From Thermoanaerobaculia bacterium (lineage in GTDB: Bacteria; Acidobacteriota; Thermoanaerobaculia; Multivoradales; Multivoraceae), in NCBI GenBank assembly GCA_963664405.1, contig OY761158.1, positions 5,728,001 through 5,792,000 on the forward strand: a stretch of 64,000 nucleotides of DNA, written 5' to 3'. Made by a program: the position numbers and the translations under genes. Below the pieces are notes generated by a model. It was given only the letters and a program-made list of their open reading frames with translations. It was not told the origin of the DNA and ran no database searches. Below are positions 1-10,944 of the stretch, one piece after another (the stretch's first letter is position 1; every line of letters begins with the position of its first letter).

Positions 1-40
1 CAGCTCGAACTTCAGGCCTCCAGGTCTCGACCCCGACCGC

Positions 41-346
41 TTACCAGCTTGCCTTGATCACGCCTGGAAGCTCGCCGCGTAGGGCGAGTTCGCGCAGGGC
101 GATGCGAGACAAGCCGAACTTGCGGTAGTAGCCACGCGGCCGCCCGGTGACGATGCAGCGGTTGCGCACGCGCGTCGGACTCGCGTCTCTAGGCAGCTTC
201 GACAGCTCCATCGATGCTTGCTGACGATCCGCCTGAGAGAGGCTCAAGTCCTTGGTATAGCCTTTGAGCTCTGCCCGGCGGGCTCGATAACGCTCGACGA
301 CCTTCTTGCGCTTGTTGTTGGCAGCAATCTTTGCTTTCGTAGCCAT
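41..346 (-). CDS. rpsN: 30S ribosomal protein S14 (long, zinc-ribbon-less form)
   Basis: 101 aa with [45 protein letters not shown] signature; only one Cys. Confidence 0.96.
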   Translation of the reverse strand: MATKAKIAANNKRKKVVERYRARRAELKGYTKDLSLSQADRQQASMELSKLPRDASPTRVRNRCIVTGRPRGYYRKFGLSRIALRELALRGELPGVIKASW

Positions 347-349
347 CGA

Positions 350-607
350 TCAGGCTCCTTCGGCCTTTGCGCCGCCATACCTGCGCTGGAACTTCTCGAT
401 GCGGCCGGCGGTGTCGACGAAGTGCTGCTTTCCGGTGAAGAAGGGGTGGGAGGCGGATGAGATCTCGAGGCGGATCACATAGTGATCGACTCCGTCGATT
501 TCTCTCGTCTCTTCGCTCTTCATCGTCGAGCGGGACACGAACTCGAACTCGGCGCCGGCGTCGAGAAAGACGACGGGGTGGTAATCAGGGTGAATATCAG
601 CTTTCAT
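350..607 (-). CDS. rpmE2: 50S ribosomal protein L31 type B
   Basis: MKADIHPDYHPVVFLD...LEISSASHPFFTGKQHFVDTAGRIEKFQRRY; no Cys; start set to ATG at 607. Confidence 0.93.
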   Translation of the reverse strand: MKADIHPDYHPVVFLDAGAEFEFVSRSTMKSEETREIDGVDHYVIRLEISSASHPFFTGKQHFVDTAGRIEKFQRRYGGAKAEGA

Positions 608-699
608 AGTGGCTCTCCGGCGGGCAAAAGTCACCCGCGCACGGGAAGCGGATAATAGCGGTTTTGGGTCGTGTGAGCAAGATCCGGCGGCGCTGGCGC

Positions 700-1746
700 T
701 CAGTACTCCAGATCGATCTCATGCGCGGTTTCCAGAAGACGCGCAAGTAGATCGATTGTCGCTTCGAGATCGGGGGCGTAGATGGTCTCGACGACACTGT
801 GGAGATAGCGGGTGGGGATCGACAGCGTGATCGAGGGGACCGCCTCGGCGGCGCGTTGAATGCCGCCCGCGTCGGTTCCGCCACGCGGGAGGACTTCCAT
901 CTGGTGGGGGATGTCGTGCGCCTCCGCCAGCCGTCGACAGTGCTCGACCAGCTTGGGTGAAGCGATGAAGGAGGAGTCGAGGATCTTGATGCCGACTCCA
1001 TGCCGGAGCTGCGTTACGTACTGGGGTGGCTTCGACCCAGGGACATCGCAGGCGAGCGTGACGTCGATGGCGACGCCGATATCCGGTCGGATGCGATGAG
1101 CCGCGGTGGAGGCGCCTCGCATCCCGACCTCTTCCTGACTCGTTGCAACAGCATAGATCTCGGCTTGTGGATTCTTGGCGCGACGAAGCGCCTCGACCAG
1201 GGTGTAGATCGAGACGCGGTTGTCGAGAGCCTTTCCGGTGTAGTAGTCGCCGATCTGAATTAGGTCCTGGACCAGAGTTGCGGGATCGCCGATCTCGACC
1301 ACCTCTTTCGCCTTTGCCGGTGTAAGACCGATGTCGACGAAGAGATCGTCGAGCTCTGGGAGCTTCTTGCGCTCCTCGTCGGTCATGACGTGTACCGGCT
1401 TGGTGCCGATCACTCCGATCAGCTCATTGCCTTGCCGATTGCGAATCCGCACCCGCTTGGCGATCAGAGTCTTTGCGTCGAAGCCGCCCAGCGGCTGTAG
1501 CCTCAGAAACCCGTCGTCGTCGATGTGCTTGACGACGAAGCCGATCTCATCGAGGTGACCCGCCACCATGACCTTGCGCGGAGAGTCGCCGACTCCGTTC
1601 TTGATCGCAATCACACTGCCGAGGCCGTCGGTCTCGACCCTGTCGACCAAGGGAGCGACCTCGCGACGGTAGATGTCGCGAATACGGTCCTCGAAGCCTG
1701 GGGCTCCTGACGCTTCGCACAGTTCTTTGAGTAGCTTCAAGCGCAT
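700..1746 (-). CDS. M42 family (TET) aminopeptidase
   Basis: GAPGFE, AGHLDEIG, KALDNR, QEEVGMRGA, GGTDAG and RYLHS motifs. Confidence 0.92.
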   Translation of the reverse strand: MRLKLLKELCEASGAPGFEDRIRDIYRREVAPLVDRVETDGLGSVIAIKNGVGDSPRKVMVAGHLDEIGFVVKHIDDDGFLRLQPLGGFDAKTLIAKRVRIRNRQGNELIGVIGTKPVHVMTDEERKKLPELDDLFVDIGLTPAKAKEVVEIGDPATLVQDLIQIGDYYTGKALDNRVSIYTLVEALRRAKNPQAEIYAVATSQEEVGMRGASTAAHRIRPDIGVAIDVTLACDVPGSKPPQYVTQLRHGVGIKILDSSFIASPKLVEHCRRLAEAHDIPHQMEVLPRGGTDAGGIQRAAEAVPSITLSIPTRYLHSVVETIYAPDLEATIDLLARLLETAHEIDLEY

Positions 1747-1879
1747 TCCTCCTTGCCGAGCGGAAAGCTATCACCGGCGAGCCCTTTTTCGCCGTAGGGC
1801 GACCGATCCCGGCTGCCCTTAGCTATCATCAAGTGAGAGCCGGGGCGGACCGCCGCTAGTGTCCTGTATCAGTAGTTCG

Positions 1880-4487
1880 TCACACAACTCGCTGGCCCTT
1901 TTGCGCGCTGCCGTCGTTGCTCCTCCTAGTAATATTGCCCAATATGCCTTCGTCGTAGCCCTCCGGAGCATCAGAGAATTGGAGGGTCTGAAGGTCGCGC
2001 TGTCCCTGGATCGTTTCCACCTTTGCTCCGCGGTAGAGCTCGGCGGTGGCGAGAGAAGCCTCTTCTTCAGGTGTCGGCCATCCTCCGTCGATCAACGCCG
2101 CCGAGGGTAGGCTCCGCACTTCGTCGATGGCTCTCGTGATGGTCGTTATCTCGGAGCTCGAGACTTGCTTCGGGCTCGCGAACTCTAGGTAGAGGTTGTC
2201 GTCCGTATTGAGGAACGACCCTTCGGTGAAGGCTTCCATCGCCCGGTCGTCGAGCGCGAGCTCGGCTAGGAAGGAACCGGCGTCCGCGAGCCCGATCTAC
2301 GCGAGCTGCCGGTCCACCCCGGGCTGGCGAGCCGTTGGCCGAGCTCCTCGAAGTCGAAGCTGATGGGGTTGTTGCTGCCGACCAGGATGGCGTCGTTCGC
2401 GGTCTGCCAGAGCGTCGTGTACTCGAACGCTCTGTCAAAGGAGGCCGCCGCCGCTCGCACGTTCTCCAAAGAGAGCTCGTAGAGGGGCAACCACTGACAC
2501 ATGATGCCTCCTGGAGTGAGCCGCTGAGCTGCGAGATCGTAGTACTCGAGGGTGTAGAGATAGGCCGCGCCCCGCACCCAGGGGTGGATCGGGTCGGCAG
2601 TGATGACGTCGTAGCGCTCTCGGGTGGTGAGAAGATGATTCCGCCCGTCTTGAAATGTGATCTCGAGGCGAGGGTCGTCCAGAGCCGCGGCGTTCACGTG
2701 AGAGAACAGACGGGCTGCCGCGACTACCTCGGGCTCGATCTCGATCACTGTGACCGCTTCGAGCTCTGGATGGGCAAGAACAGCGCCGAGGGTGATGCCC
2801 GCGCCCAGGCCAACGACTGCAACAGAACGGGGCCTCGGCCGAGCGAGCACAGGGATGTGCCCGAGCAGAAGCTCGTGCTGCATGTCACTAAGACCGTCGG
2901 TAGCGACCGTTTTGCCGTCGATCACGAGAGCTCGCGTACGGCGACCCTCGACGACGGCCACGTTGGCGCTCTTTCCTTCCTCGTAGTGGAGCACCGTACT
3001 TTCGCGTGCAAGCGCTTCTAGGTTACCGGCTGCCGGATCCTGGAGGTAGACGTGCATCATGTTGTTGCGGAATGCTGCCAGCACTCGAAGGTCCCAGCCG
3101 GCAGTCGTAGTGCTCCGAGAAAGGCTGCCAGAACGATGGCGGTGGTAGCCAAGGTCAGAATCCAGGGGTGCACTGTCTTGCGGGCCCTGAAGTGGGCTGC
3201 CGATACGAGTACACCATAGGAACAGAAGAGGGCAGCGATGAGCAGCATTCCGCGCTGCATTCCGACCGTTGGAATCAGGACGAAACCGGCTCCGAGCGCC
3301 CCGACTATGGCGCCGCTCGTATTGAGGGCGATGAGCTCACCGATCGAGCTGCCGACGCGATCGCGAAGTCGAGATCCCGCTTCCCCGGCCATGGGGAAGG
3401 CAAGACCCATGAAGATGCAGGGGGCTAGCATGATGGCGAAGCTCAGGAGCAGAGTGCCCCCTGCCTTGATGCCGTTCGGCTCGGTGTAGAGAGCGCGCGT
3501 CAGGCTCAGAGACCAGCTGGGAAGGTGGGGCAGAAGTTGGGAAACGATTGCGCTCGCGACGCCGAGGAGAATCATCACCGAGCCGAATTGGAGAGCCGGA
3601 CTCAATCGCTGCAGGGGAAAAGCGGCGTGAATTGTGCTGCCGATTGCAATACCAACGAGGAACGCTGCCAGCATCACCGAGAAACTGTAGGCGCTGTTGC
3701 CTACCGCGATGGTGATGCCGCGCATCCAGAGCACTTCCAGCGCCAGCGCACCCATGCCGGCGATTGCGGTGCCGTAGAAGGCCAGGCGCAGAGCCGCGGC
3801 TTCGGAGGGTGCTCGAGCGAGACTCTGATGCTCGCCGGCGTCGTGGGGCGCTGCCTTCCCGGCCACTCGAGCCCACTGACGGCTCAGGACCAGAGCGCCG
3901 ATGCCGATGGCGAGATTGACCGCTGCCGCCAAGCCGGCAGTGGCTCTCATGCCAAAGCTCGGAAGCAGGATGAAGCCCGCGCTCAAGGTTCCGAGAACCG
4001 CGCCACCGGTGTTGACGGCGTACAGAACCGCAAGCCGGTTGGCCACCTCGCTTCGCCGGGCAACCAGGAGCTGAACCAGCACCGGTAGAGTGCCTCCCAT
4101 CAGGAAGGTGGGAACTACGAGGACCGCACTCGCGAGGAAGACCCGCAAGACCTGGAGCTGCCACGGCGTACCGTCGGCGGCCAGTGCGGCGGCTACGTAG
4201 ACACGATTCACGACGGCGATGGCGCCAGGTACCAGAAGAGCCGAGATCGCGATCAGTACTTCCAGTACACCATAGAGGCGAAGGGGGCTCCGCACCCTCT
4301 CGACAACTCGCCCTAAAGCCATACCACCGAGGGCCAGCCCGCCCATGAAGGCGCCGAGAACCACGCTGACCGCCTCGTGCGTGGCTCCGAAAACGAGAGT
4401 CAGGCTGCGTGCCCAGACCGTTTCGTACACCAGCGCCGTTGCGCCGGAGAGGAGGAAGAGGCTGTAGATGAAGAGGCGCGCTTTCAT
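1880..4487 (-). pseudogene. Fused membrane (MFS-like)/spermidine synthase-like protein, split into three ORFs
   Basis: ORF 3057-4487 has SGATALVYETVWARSL TM repeats. ORF 2266-3084 has GLGAGIT, VIEIEPEV, DGRNHL, YDVITADP and CQWLPLY. ORF 1880-2239 has LNTDDNLYLEF. Frameshifts near 3098 and 2318, plus an in-frame TAG near 2298. Confidence 0.78.
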
Positions 4488-4707
4488 CCCAGAAGCTTCA
4501 ACGCCGATACTCCCGTCAGCTCCCTCGTGCAGTGGCAAGGTTGGTTCTATGAGGTGACTGGCCCTGATTTCACGACGCCGAGTCTATCCAACCCGAGGCG
4601 AGAGCGCATGGCTCCGAAGAAGGGTAGGAGCTATGTCTCTGCCAGCCCTGGGACTGCGAGTGACGCTCCAATAGAATAGGCGTCCAATCTAGTGGTGGAG
4701 GAGTCAG

Positions 4708-6261
4708 ATGCAGAACAATATCGGGCTGTTTCTCAGCAAGCGAGCGGAGATCTCGCCGCAGGTGGACGGCTTCGTCGACGTAGACACCCGGCGCAGCTTC
4801 ACCTTTGCCCAGTGGAACCAACGCTGCAACCAGATGGCACATGCGTTTACCGGCCTCGGGGTCGGCAAGGGTGACCGGGTCGCGCTCTTGCAGATGAACA
4901 GCGTCGAGTATATGGAGAGCTTCTTTGCGCTCGCCAAGCTGGGTGCGATCTGTGTGCCGCTCAACTGGCGCCTCGTCCCCGAGGAGCTTTCCTACATTCT
5001 GCGCGATGCCGGGGCGAAGGTGCTGATCTGGGGCACCGAGTTTCTGGGATCGGTGGAGGCTCTCCAGGCCCGCGGCGGAGGAGAGGAAGGGACGGCGGTG
5101 GAGACCTGGATTCACGTCGGACCCGCCTCGGAGAATCCCGACTGGGCCCTCTCCTACGAGGCCCTCCAGTCGGCCGAGTCGACGGAAGAGCCCGAGATCG
5201 GAGGCGGCGAAGACGACGTTCTCTACATCATGTACACCTCCGGTACGACCGGCCTGCCGAAGGGAGCCGTCCATACTCACAACACTGCCACCTGGGGCGT
5301 GCTGACCATCAACGCGACGGCGGATATCCGCGCCGGCGACCGCTTCCTGGTCGCCCTTCCGCTGTTTCATGTGGGCTCTCTCACCCCGATCACTTGCAAC
5401 GTGCATCGTGGCGCCACCAGCGTGGTGATGCGCGCCTTCGACCCCGCCCGAGCCTGGGAGCTCGTGGCAGAAGAGAAGATCGATGTGATGCTCAAAGTGC
5501 CGGCGATGCTCAACTTCATGCTGCAGGTCTACGATCCCGAGAAGCATAAGCACGAGCGGCTGCGCTGGTGTCTGAGCGGGGCGGCGCCGGTTCCGGTCTC
5601 GCTGATAGAGGCCTACGATCAGATGGGGATCGAGATCCAGCAGGTATACGGTCTCACCGAGACTTGTGGTCCAGCGTGCATGATCACTTCCGCCGATGCG
5701 ATCACTAAGGCGGGATCGACCGGCAAGGCCTTCTTTCACACTGACGTCAAGGTCGTCGACGAGGCTGGCGAGCCGATCGCGGCGGGGGAGTCCGGCGAGG
5801 TTCTGGTCCGCGGCAAGCACATCATGAAGGAGTACTGGAACCGGCCAGGAGCCACCGCCGAGGCCCTTCGCGACGACTGGTTGCACACCGGTGACGTGGC
5901 GACGATCGACGAGGACGGCTTCGTCTACATACAAGATCGCATCAAGGACATGATCATCTCCGGCGGCGAGAACGTCTACCCGGCGGAGATCGAGAGCGTG
6001 CTGATGCGCCACGAGCAGATCGTCGAGGCGGGAGTCATCGGCGCGGCGAGTGAGAAGTGGGGAGAGTCGGCCGTTGCCATCGTGGTGAGAAGAGACGAGA
6101 CTCTCGGCGGCGAAGAAGTGCTTGACTTCTGTAAAGACAAGCTGGCTCGCTTCAAGCAGCCGGTGGTCGTCCATTTCGTCGACGAGATCCCGCGCAACCC
6201 TTCAGGCAAGATTCTCAAGCGCATTCTGCGCGACCAGTTCCCGGAGCCTGCCCCTCAGTGA
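4708..6261 (+). CDS. Long-chain fatty acid-CoA ligase / acyl-CoA synthetase
   Basis: [42 protein letters not shown] and [10 protein letters not shown]; GGAGGAG RBS. Confidence 0.92.
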   Translation: MQNNIGLFLSKRAEISPQVDGFVDVDTRRSFTFAQWNQRCNQMAHAFTGLGVGKGDRVALLQMNSVEYMESFFALAKLGAICVPLNWRLVPEELSYILRDAGAKVLIWGTEFLGSVEALQARGGGEEGTAVETWIHVGPASENPDWALSYEALQSAESTEEPEIGGGEDDVLYIMYTSGTTGLPKGAVHTHNTATWGVLTINATADIRAGDRFLVALPLFHVGSLTPITCNVHRGATSVVMRAFDPARAWELVAEEKIDVMLKVPAMLNFMLQVYDPEKHKHERLRWCLSGAAPVPVSLIEAYDQMGIEIQQVYGLTETCGPACMITSADAITKAGSTGKAFFHTDVKVVDEAGEPIAAGESGEVLVRGKHIMKEYWNRPGATAEALRDDWLHTGDVATIDEDGFVYIQDRIKDMIISGGENVYPAEIESVLMRHEQIVEAGVIGAASEKWGESAVAIVVRRDETLGGEEVLDFCKDKLARFKQPVVVHFVDEIPRNPSGKILKRILRDQFPEPAPQ

Positions 6262-6869
6262 CGGAGATCCCAAACTACGAGAAGCTCGGAGCCTTCTACC
6301 TCGGTCGGCGCTACGACCTGGAGTCGGCGAGCACGACGGTGGAGCCTTACCTCTACGACTCGAAGGATCTGACCACTCACGGAGTCTGCGTCGGGATGAC
6401 CGGCAGTGGCAAGACGGGGCTCTGTATCTCGCTTCTGGAAGAGGCGGCGCTGGATGGCGTGCCGGCCATCGCTGTCGATCCCAAGGGCGATCTCGGGAAT
6501 CGCCTCGACACCGTGATGTCCATCGGCGCCACCGTCGTAGGCGCCCTCTTCGGTCGCAAGTTGGCGAGTGTTTCCAACGTCACGCGCACGCGGTCAGCGT
6601 TGCGAGGGGTAGGCCGGCAATCTCGGGAGAAGGATCAGATCGCCCGGGCCGAGCGCGAGCTGGAAGCACAGCGAGACAGGCTCGAAGAGATGGAGGCAGA
6701 GCTCGCGGACAAGATCGGCGACGTTGGGCGCGCCTTCGAAGCCGACAGCCTCGAGCTGGAAGAGGTCGATCTGGCGCCTCGCAAGAGTGATATCGGTGTC
6801 GTCGTCTTCGGCCTGGCCTGGACGCCGTGGCGGGTCGATAAGGCCGGAATCGCGGAGCGCCTGTTCTGA
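6258..6869 (+). pseudogene. HerA/DUF87-like P-loop ATPase with a large in-frame internal deletion
   Basis: N-terminus [32 protein letters not shown] joins directly to a C-terminal-type GALFGRK/coiled-coil/PRKSDI..LAWTPW segment; no Walker B region. Confidence 0.62.
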
Positions 6870-6871
6870 CT

Positions 6872-7945
6872 GTGAACCTCCGTAGCCTGGACCTCGCCGA
6901 GCTTCAGGCCTTTTTCGTCGAGGCTGGTGAGCCAAGCTACCGCTCGACCCAGGTGTTTCGGAGGATTCACCGACATGGCGCTCGCAAGTTGGATGAATTC
7001 ACCGAGCTGCCCGCCGAGCTGAGAAGGCGCTTGGAAGGCTGCCTGCCTTCCGCCGAGGTGGAAGATCGGGCTGTCGACGCCGGCGGAACGGAAAAGGTGA
7101 TCTTCCGAGCTCCAGATGAGAAGGGCTCTTCGAGGTTCCTGGAGGCGGTCTGGATCGTCGGCGATGAGCGGCTCACGGTTTGCGTGTCGTCTCAGGTCGG
7201 CTGCACTCTGGATTGCAGTTTTTGCGCTACCGGCACTCTCCCTTTCAAGGGCAATTTGGCGTCGTGGCAGATTGTCGATCAGGTTTACGCTCTCGAACGG
7301 CTGCGCGGGCGTCGCGCGACCAACGTCGTATTCATGGGAATGGGGGAGCCCTTTCACAACTACGATCAAGTGATCGCTGCCGCGCACCTCCTGTGTCATC
7401 CTGAGGGAGCGGCTCTCGGGGCTCGACGCATCACGATCTCTACAGCGGGGGTTACGCCGGGTGTCGACCGTTTCGCGAGCGAGCGTCAGCCCTTTCGGCT
7501 GGCGATCTCCTTGAATCATCCTGATCCCGAGCAGCGCAGCTCGATCATGCCGCATAATGAGCGATACCCTCTCCAAGAGCTGCTGGTTTCTGCGAGACGG
7601 TACACGACGGAGTCGGGGCGCTCGGTCACCTTCGAGTATGTGATGATGCCTGGGATCAATATGGGGACGAGACACCTCGAGCAGCTGGTCAAGATCGGGC
7701 GGTCGATGCGTTGCAAGATCAACCTCATCCCTCTCAACACCGATCTCGGAGGCTTGCGGCGGCCGACCACGGAAGAAGCGACGGACTTTCAGCGCCGCCT
7801 CTCCTCGGCTGGAGTGCTTGCGTTCAACCGAGGCTCTCCGGGGCGCAACGTTGAAGGGGCTTGCGGGATGCTCGCGCTGAGACGCCTAGGGTCCGCGTCG
7901 CCGGCCGGGGGTGGCGCAGAGTCACCGGCCCTGGAGGTTTTTTGA
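6872..7945 (+). CDS. rlmN: Dual-specificity rRNA/tRNA m2A methyltransferase RlmN (radical SAM)
   Basis: CVSSQVGCTLDCSFCATG, VFMGMGEP, ISTAG, FEYVM, NLIP and ACGML. Confidence 0.93.
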   Translation: MNLRSLDLAELQAFFVEAGEPSYRSTQVFRRIHRHGARKLDEFTELPAELRRRLEGCLPSAEVEDRAVDAGGTEKVIFRAPDEKGSSRFLEAVWIVGDERLTVCVSSQVGCTLDCSFCATGTLPFKGNLASWQIVDQVYALERLRGRRATNVVFMGMGEPFHNYDQVIAAAHLLCHPEGAALGARRITISTAGVTPGVDRFASERQPFRLAISLNHPDPEQRSSIMPHNERYPLQELLVSARRYTTESGRSVTFEYVMMPGINMGTRHLEQLVKIGRSMRCKINLIPLNTDLGGLRRPTTEEATDFQRRLSSAGVLAFNRGSPGRNVEGACGMLALRRLGSASPAGGGAESPALEVF

Positions 7946-8325
7946 GATCGCTCCTGCTGCGTTGGATCGGTACCACTTTGGCGATCTTTCTCGCCGCCAA
8001 GGTGTTGCCCGGAATCGAATATTCGGGGCCGTGGTGGGGTCTGTTGCTGGTCGCAGCGCTCTCAGGCCTGGTCAACGCTCTAGTACGACCCATCGTGGTT
8101 CTGCTGACCTGCCCCTTCGTCATTCTCACTCTGGGTCTCGGGCTGCTGCTGATCAACGCGGCGATGCTCGGTTTGGTGGCGTGGTTGGCGGGAGACTGGT
8201 TGGTCGTTTCCGGGTGCTTCCCTGCCTTCTTCGGAGCTCTCGTGATCAGTCTGGTCAGCGCTCTCTTCAACGCGCTGGTCGGGGACGATCGGATCGATGT
8301 CGAGATAGATCGGTTGCGGGGCTGA
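7942..8325 (+). CDS. YvlD / 4-TMS phage-holin-superfamily membrane protein
   Basis: LVNALVRPIVVLLTCPFVILTLGLGLLLINAAML motif; TTG start after GGAGG, overlapping the rlmN stop. Confidence 0.82.
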   Translation: MRSLLLRWIGTTLAIFLAAKVLPGIEYSGPWWGLLLVAALSGLVNALVRPIVVLLTCPFVILTLGLGLLLINAAMLGLVAWLAGDWLVVSGCFPAFFGALVISLVSALFNALVGDDRIDVEIDRLRG

Positions 8326-8335
8326 GGTTTTCGCC

Positions 8336-8364
8336 TTGACTCTGAGAAGCCCTTTCAATACCTT
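8336..8364 (+). promoter_or_regulatory. Putative sigma70 promoter for the bactofilin operon
   Basis: TTGACT-17 bp-TACCTT. Confidence 0.45.
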
Positions 8365-8410
8365 TGGACATTCAGGATCTCAGACCTAGCCATCCAAAGC
8401 GAGGACACCT

Positions 8411-8953
8411 ATGAGTGTTTGGAAAAAGACAGACGCCGACGAAACGCAGCCGCAGTCGCAGTCGCATAAGCAATCGCAGAGCGCACCCCCTTCCCAGCCT
8501 CGTCGCGGAGCAGAGGCGCAGAGGTCGAGAAATGTGGCGACGATTGGCCCTTCCATCGCCATCCGCGGCGATGTCACGGGTGAGGAGGACCTACTGATCG
8601 AGGGGCGGATCGAAGGCAAGGTCTTGCTGCAGAAGAACCATGTGACCGTGGGCAAGAACGGTCGGGTGAAGGCCGATGTCTTTGCCAGGTCTGTGGCTGT
8701 CGAGGGAGAGGTCGAAGGCGACCTCATGGGCCAGGAGGAGGTCACGGTTCGACCCTCGGGCAAGGTGCGCGGCAACATCCAGGCGCCCAGTGTCACCCTC
8801 GACAGCGGCTGTCGATTCCAAGGGTCCATCGACATGGAAAAGGGGCGTCAACAGCAGGGGAAAGAAGCAAAGCCCGCGGAGGTAAAGCCGAAGGTCCAGG
8901 CTCCGAGTCAGGAACAGACGACGTTGAAGCCTGCCGCAGGTACGTCTCCGTAG
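8411..8953 (+). CDS. Bactofilin (polymer-forming cytoskeletal protein)
   Basis: IGPSIAIRGDV..EEDLLIEGRIEGKV..VTVGKNGRVKADV..V.VEGEVEGD..G.V.GNI.APSV..GCRFQGSIDM beta-helix. Confidence 0.92.
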   Translation: MSVWKKTDADETQPQSQSHKQSQSAPPSQPRRGAEAQRSRNVATIGPSIAIRGDVTGEEDLLIEGRIEGKVLLQKNHVTVGKNGRVKADVFARSVAVEGEVEGDLMGQEEVTVRPSGKVRGNIQAPSVTLDSGCRFQGSIDMEKGRQQQGKEAKPAEVKPKVQAPSQEQTTLKPAAGTSP

Positions 8954-8986
8954 CCGGGGGCTCGCCCCCCGGGGCGACATCAGGCG

Positions 8987-9625
8987 TTGGAAGAGCGCAA
9001 CACCACCCAACCGAGCGACTACTCGTCGTTCGTACTAGAAGGTCTCTTGGAGGGCCTTCGTCGGCCGCCCAAGAAGGTCGTTTTAGACCTGGGACCCGCT
9101 AGCGGCGAGAACGTCGACCAGCTGGCTGCCTATACCGGGAATAACTACAAGCTGTTCATCGCCAATTTCTTCGAGCAGCTCTCGGAGGCGGGTCCGAGCG
9201 CGCGGCGCAACCCTCCGACCTTTGCCTCCACTTGTGAGCGACTGTTGAATTTTCCAGCCGGGACTCGCTTTGATCTCATCTTCGCCTGGGACCTATTCAA
9301 CTATCTGACACTGTTGGAGGTCGAGGCCCTGGTGGGCTACTTAGGTCGGCACAGCCATGGCGGAACGCACCTCATGGCGCTGGTCTCGATCTACAAGATG
9401 ATGCCAGACAGGCCGTTTCAATTCATGATCCGCAGCCCGGACACTCTCCGCTACGAGACTCTCTCTCGGGCTCTACGCGACAGTCCACGATATACAGAGA
9501 ATCAGCTCGTCAAGCGGATGTCGGGCTTCCGCGTGGAAAAGGCGATGCTGTTGCGCAACGGCATGCAGGAGTACAGCTTCGTGCTCGATGAAAGCGAGGG
9601 AGCGGCGGAGAGCAAGGGCGGGTGA
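8987..9625 (+). CDS. Class I SAM-dependent methyltransferase-like protein
   Basis: VLDLGPA and FDLIFAWDLFNYL motifs; function uncertain. Confidence 0.55.
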   Translation: MEERNTTQPSDYSSFVLEGLLEGLRRPPKKVVLDLGPASGENVDQLAAYTGNNYKLFIANFFEQLSEAGPSARRNPPTFASTCERLLNFPAGTRFDLIFAWDLFNYLTLLEVEALVGYLGRHSHGGTHLMALVSIYKMMPDRPFQFMIRSPDTLRYETLSRALRDSPRYTENQLVKRMSGFRVEKAMLLRNGMQEYSFVLDESEGAAESKGG

Positions 9626-10138
9626 GTGTGGGTCTTCGGCTACGGGTCGTTGGTCTGGCGCCCCTCGATCCCTTTTCTCGAGCGTCAGCCGGCGTATATT
9701 GAGGGGTGGTGCCGCCGCTTCTGGCAGGGATCTCCGGATCATCGTGGACTACCGGAGGCTCCGGGTCGAGTCGCAACCCTGGTGGAGGAGAGCGGCCAGA
9801 GCTGTTGGGGCATGGCCTATCGGGTGCCCTCGGCGGAGAGCGCGGCCGTCATGGAGGCACTGGATCACAGAGAAAAGGGCGGCTACGAACGGCGCCGGGT
9901 CCGGGTTTTCTTGGCGGAGAAGGCTGAGACCGAGGTCTGCGGCCTTGTCTACATCGCACGACCGAACAACCCGCACTATCTCGGCCCCGCGTCACTAGAA
10001 GAGATCGCGGCACAGGTCCTCCGCAGCGAGGGACCTAGCGGCCACAACCGGGAGTACGTGCGACGTCTGGCGTCGGCGCTCAGAGAGATGCAGGCGACCG
10101 ACGATCACGTCTTCGCCCTTGCCCGGCTGGTTGGCTAG
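9626..10138 (+). CDS. chaC: Glutathione-specific gamma-glutamylcyclotransferase
   Basis: WVFGYGSLVW, RRFWQGSPDHRG.PE.PGRV.TL, LD.REK.GY and GPSG.N.EY. Confidence 0.92.
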   Translation: MWVFGYGSLVWRPSIPFLERQPAYIEGWCRRFWQGSPDHRGLPEAPGRVATLVEESGQSCWGMAYRVPSAESAAVMEALDHREKGGYERRRVRVFLAEKAETEVCGLVYIARPNNPHYLGPASLEEIAAQVLRSEGPSGHNREYVRRLASALREMQATDDHVFALARLVG

Positions 10139-10168
10139 CGAATCGAAGGTCTCGAGAACCCGACAGGG

Positions 10169-10777
10169 TCACTGGCTCGCGACGACAAACCCCGGCCTCT
10201 CGGCGAGGCGGGCCTGATAGCTCTGAACGACCGGATATTGGCCATCGAGGACTCCGACCCTCTCCGCCAGCTTCAGCGAGTAGCCCATCATGATGTCGGC
10301 GGCGGTGAAGGTCTCGTCGATCAGGTATTTCTTGCCGCTTAGCGCTGTCTCCAGAGCCTCGAGACAGGTGCGGGCCCGGGCCTCAGCGTCTTTCACTACT
10401 GCAGGGATCCGCTCCGCCTCAGGCTTGAGCCGCGTATGGTGAATGATGTCGCCGAGGGGGCGGGCGAGGGTCGCTTCTGCGAACCAGCACCACTGCAGGT
10501 AGATTGCGCTTGCCGCGCTTCCAGGGGGCGGCTGGAGGCGTCCGTCGGCATAACGCTGGAGGATGTACTGGACCATCGCGCCCGACTCGAACATCGAGAA
10601 CCCCTCGTCTGACATGGCCGGGACCTTGCCGGTTGGGCTCAGTGCCCGCCACTCTGCGCGGTTGCGGTACTCGGGAGAAAAGTCGATAGGGACGACTTCA
10701 TAAGGGTGACCCAGCTCTTCGCAGAGCCAAATGACCCTGAGCGAGCGTGTGCCGGGGACGTGGTAGATCTTCAACAC
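10169..10777 (-). CDS. Glutathione S-transferase
   Basis: KIYHVPGTRSLRVIWL.EELG, P.GKVP, FESGA and FTAADIM; true start is GTG at 10777 after GGAGA (the upstream part of the track ORF is spurious). Confidence 0.9.
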   Translation of the reverse strand: MLKIYHVPGTRSLRVIWLCEELGHPYEVVPIDFSPEYRNRAEWRALSPTGKVPAMSDEGFSMFESGAMVQYILQRYADGRLQPPPGSAASAIYLQWCWFAEATLARPLGDIIHHTRLKPEAERIPAVVKDAEARARTCLEALETALSGKKYLIDETFTAADIMMGYSLKLAERVGVLDGQYPVVQSYQARLAERPGFVVASQ

Positions 10778-10944
10778 TGTCCGATCTCCCTGTTCAAGTA
10801 CTTGACGACCGATAGCACGCTGCGATCGATGCGACGTTGGTACGAGACCTTGTTCATCATGGTCCGAACCAGGTGGATTCCGAGGGCGCGCTGACGAAGT
10901 GTTGAACCGATCTAGGTGCGGTGCGAACTGCGTCCTCAGCGGAC

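Noticed and set aside
2290-2305. Pyrrolysine read-through of the TAG in the spermidine-synthase-like gene
   Set aside because: Accompanied by frameshifts, not at a catalytic site, and no pyl genes in the window
4570-6174. Long antisense ORFs (also 6635-7675, 28989-30092, 54586-55689 and others)
   Set aside because: Shadow ORFs opposite well-supported genes, expected at high GC
7942-8325. Prophage, inferred from the holin-family gene
   Set aside because: YvlD-type proteins are common chromosomal genes and there are no phage genes nearby
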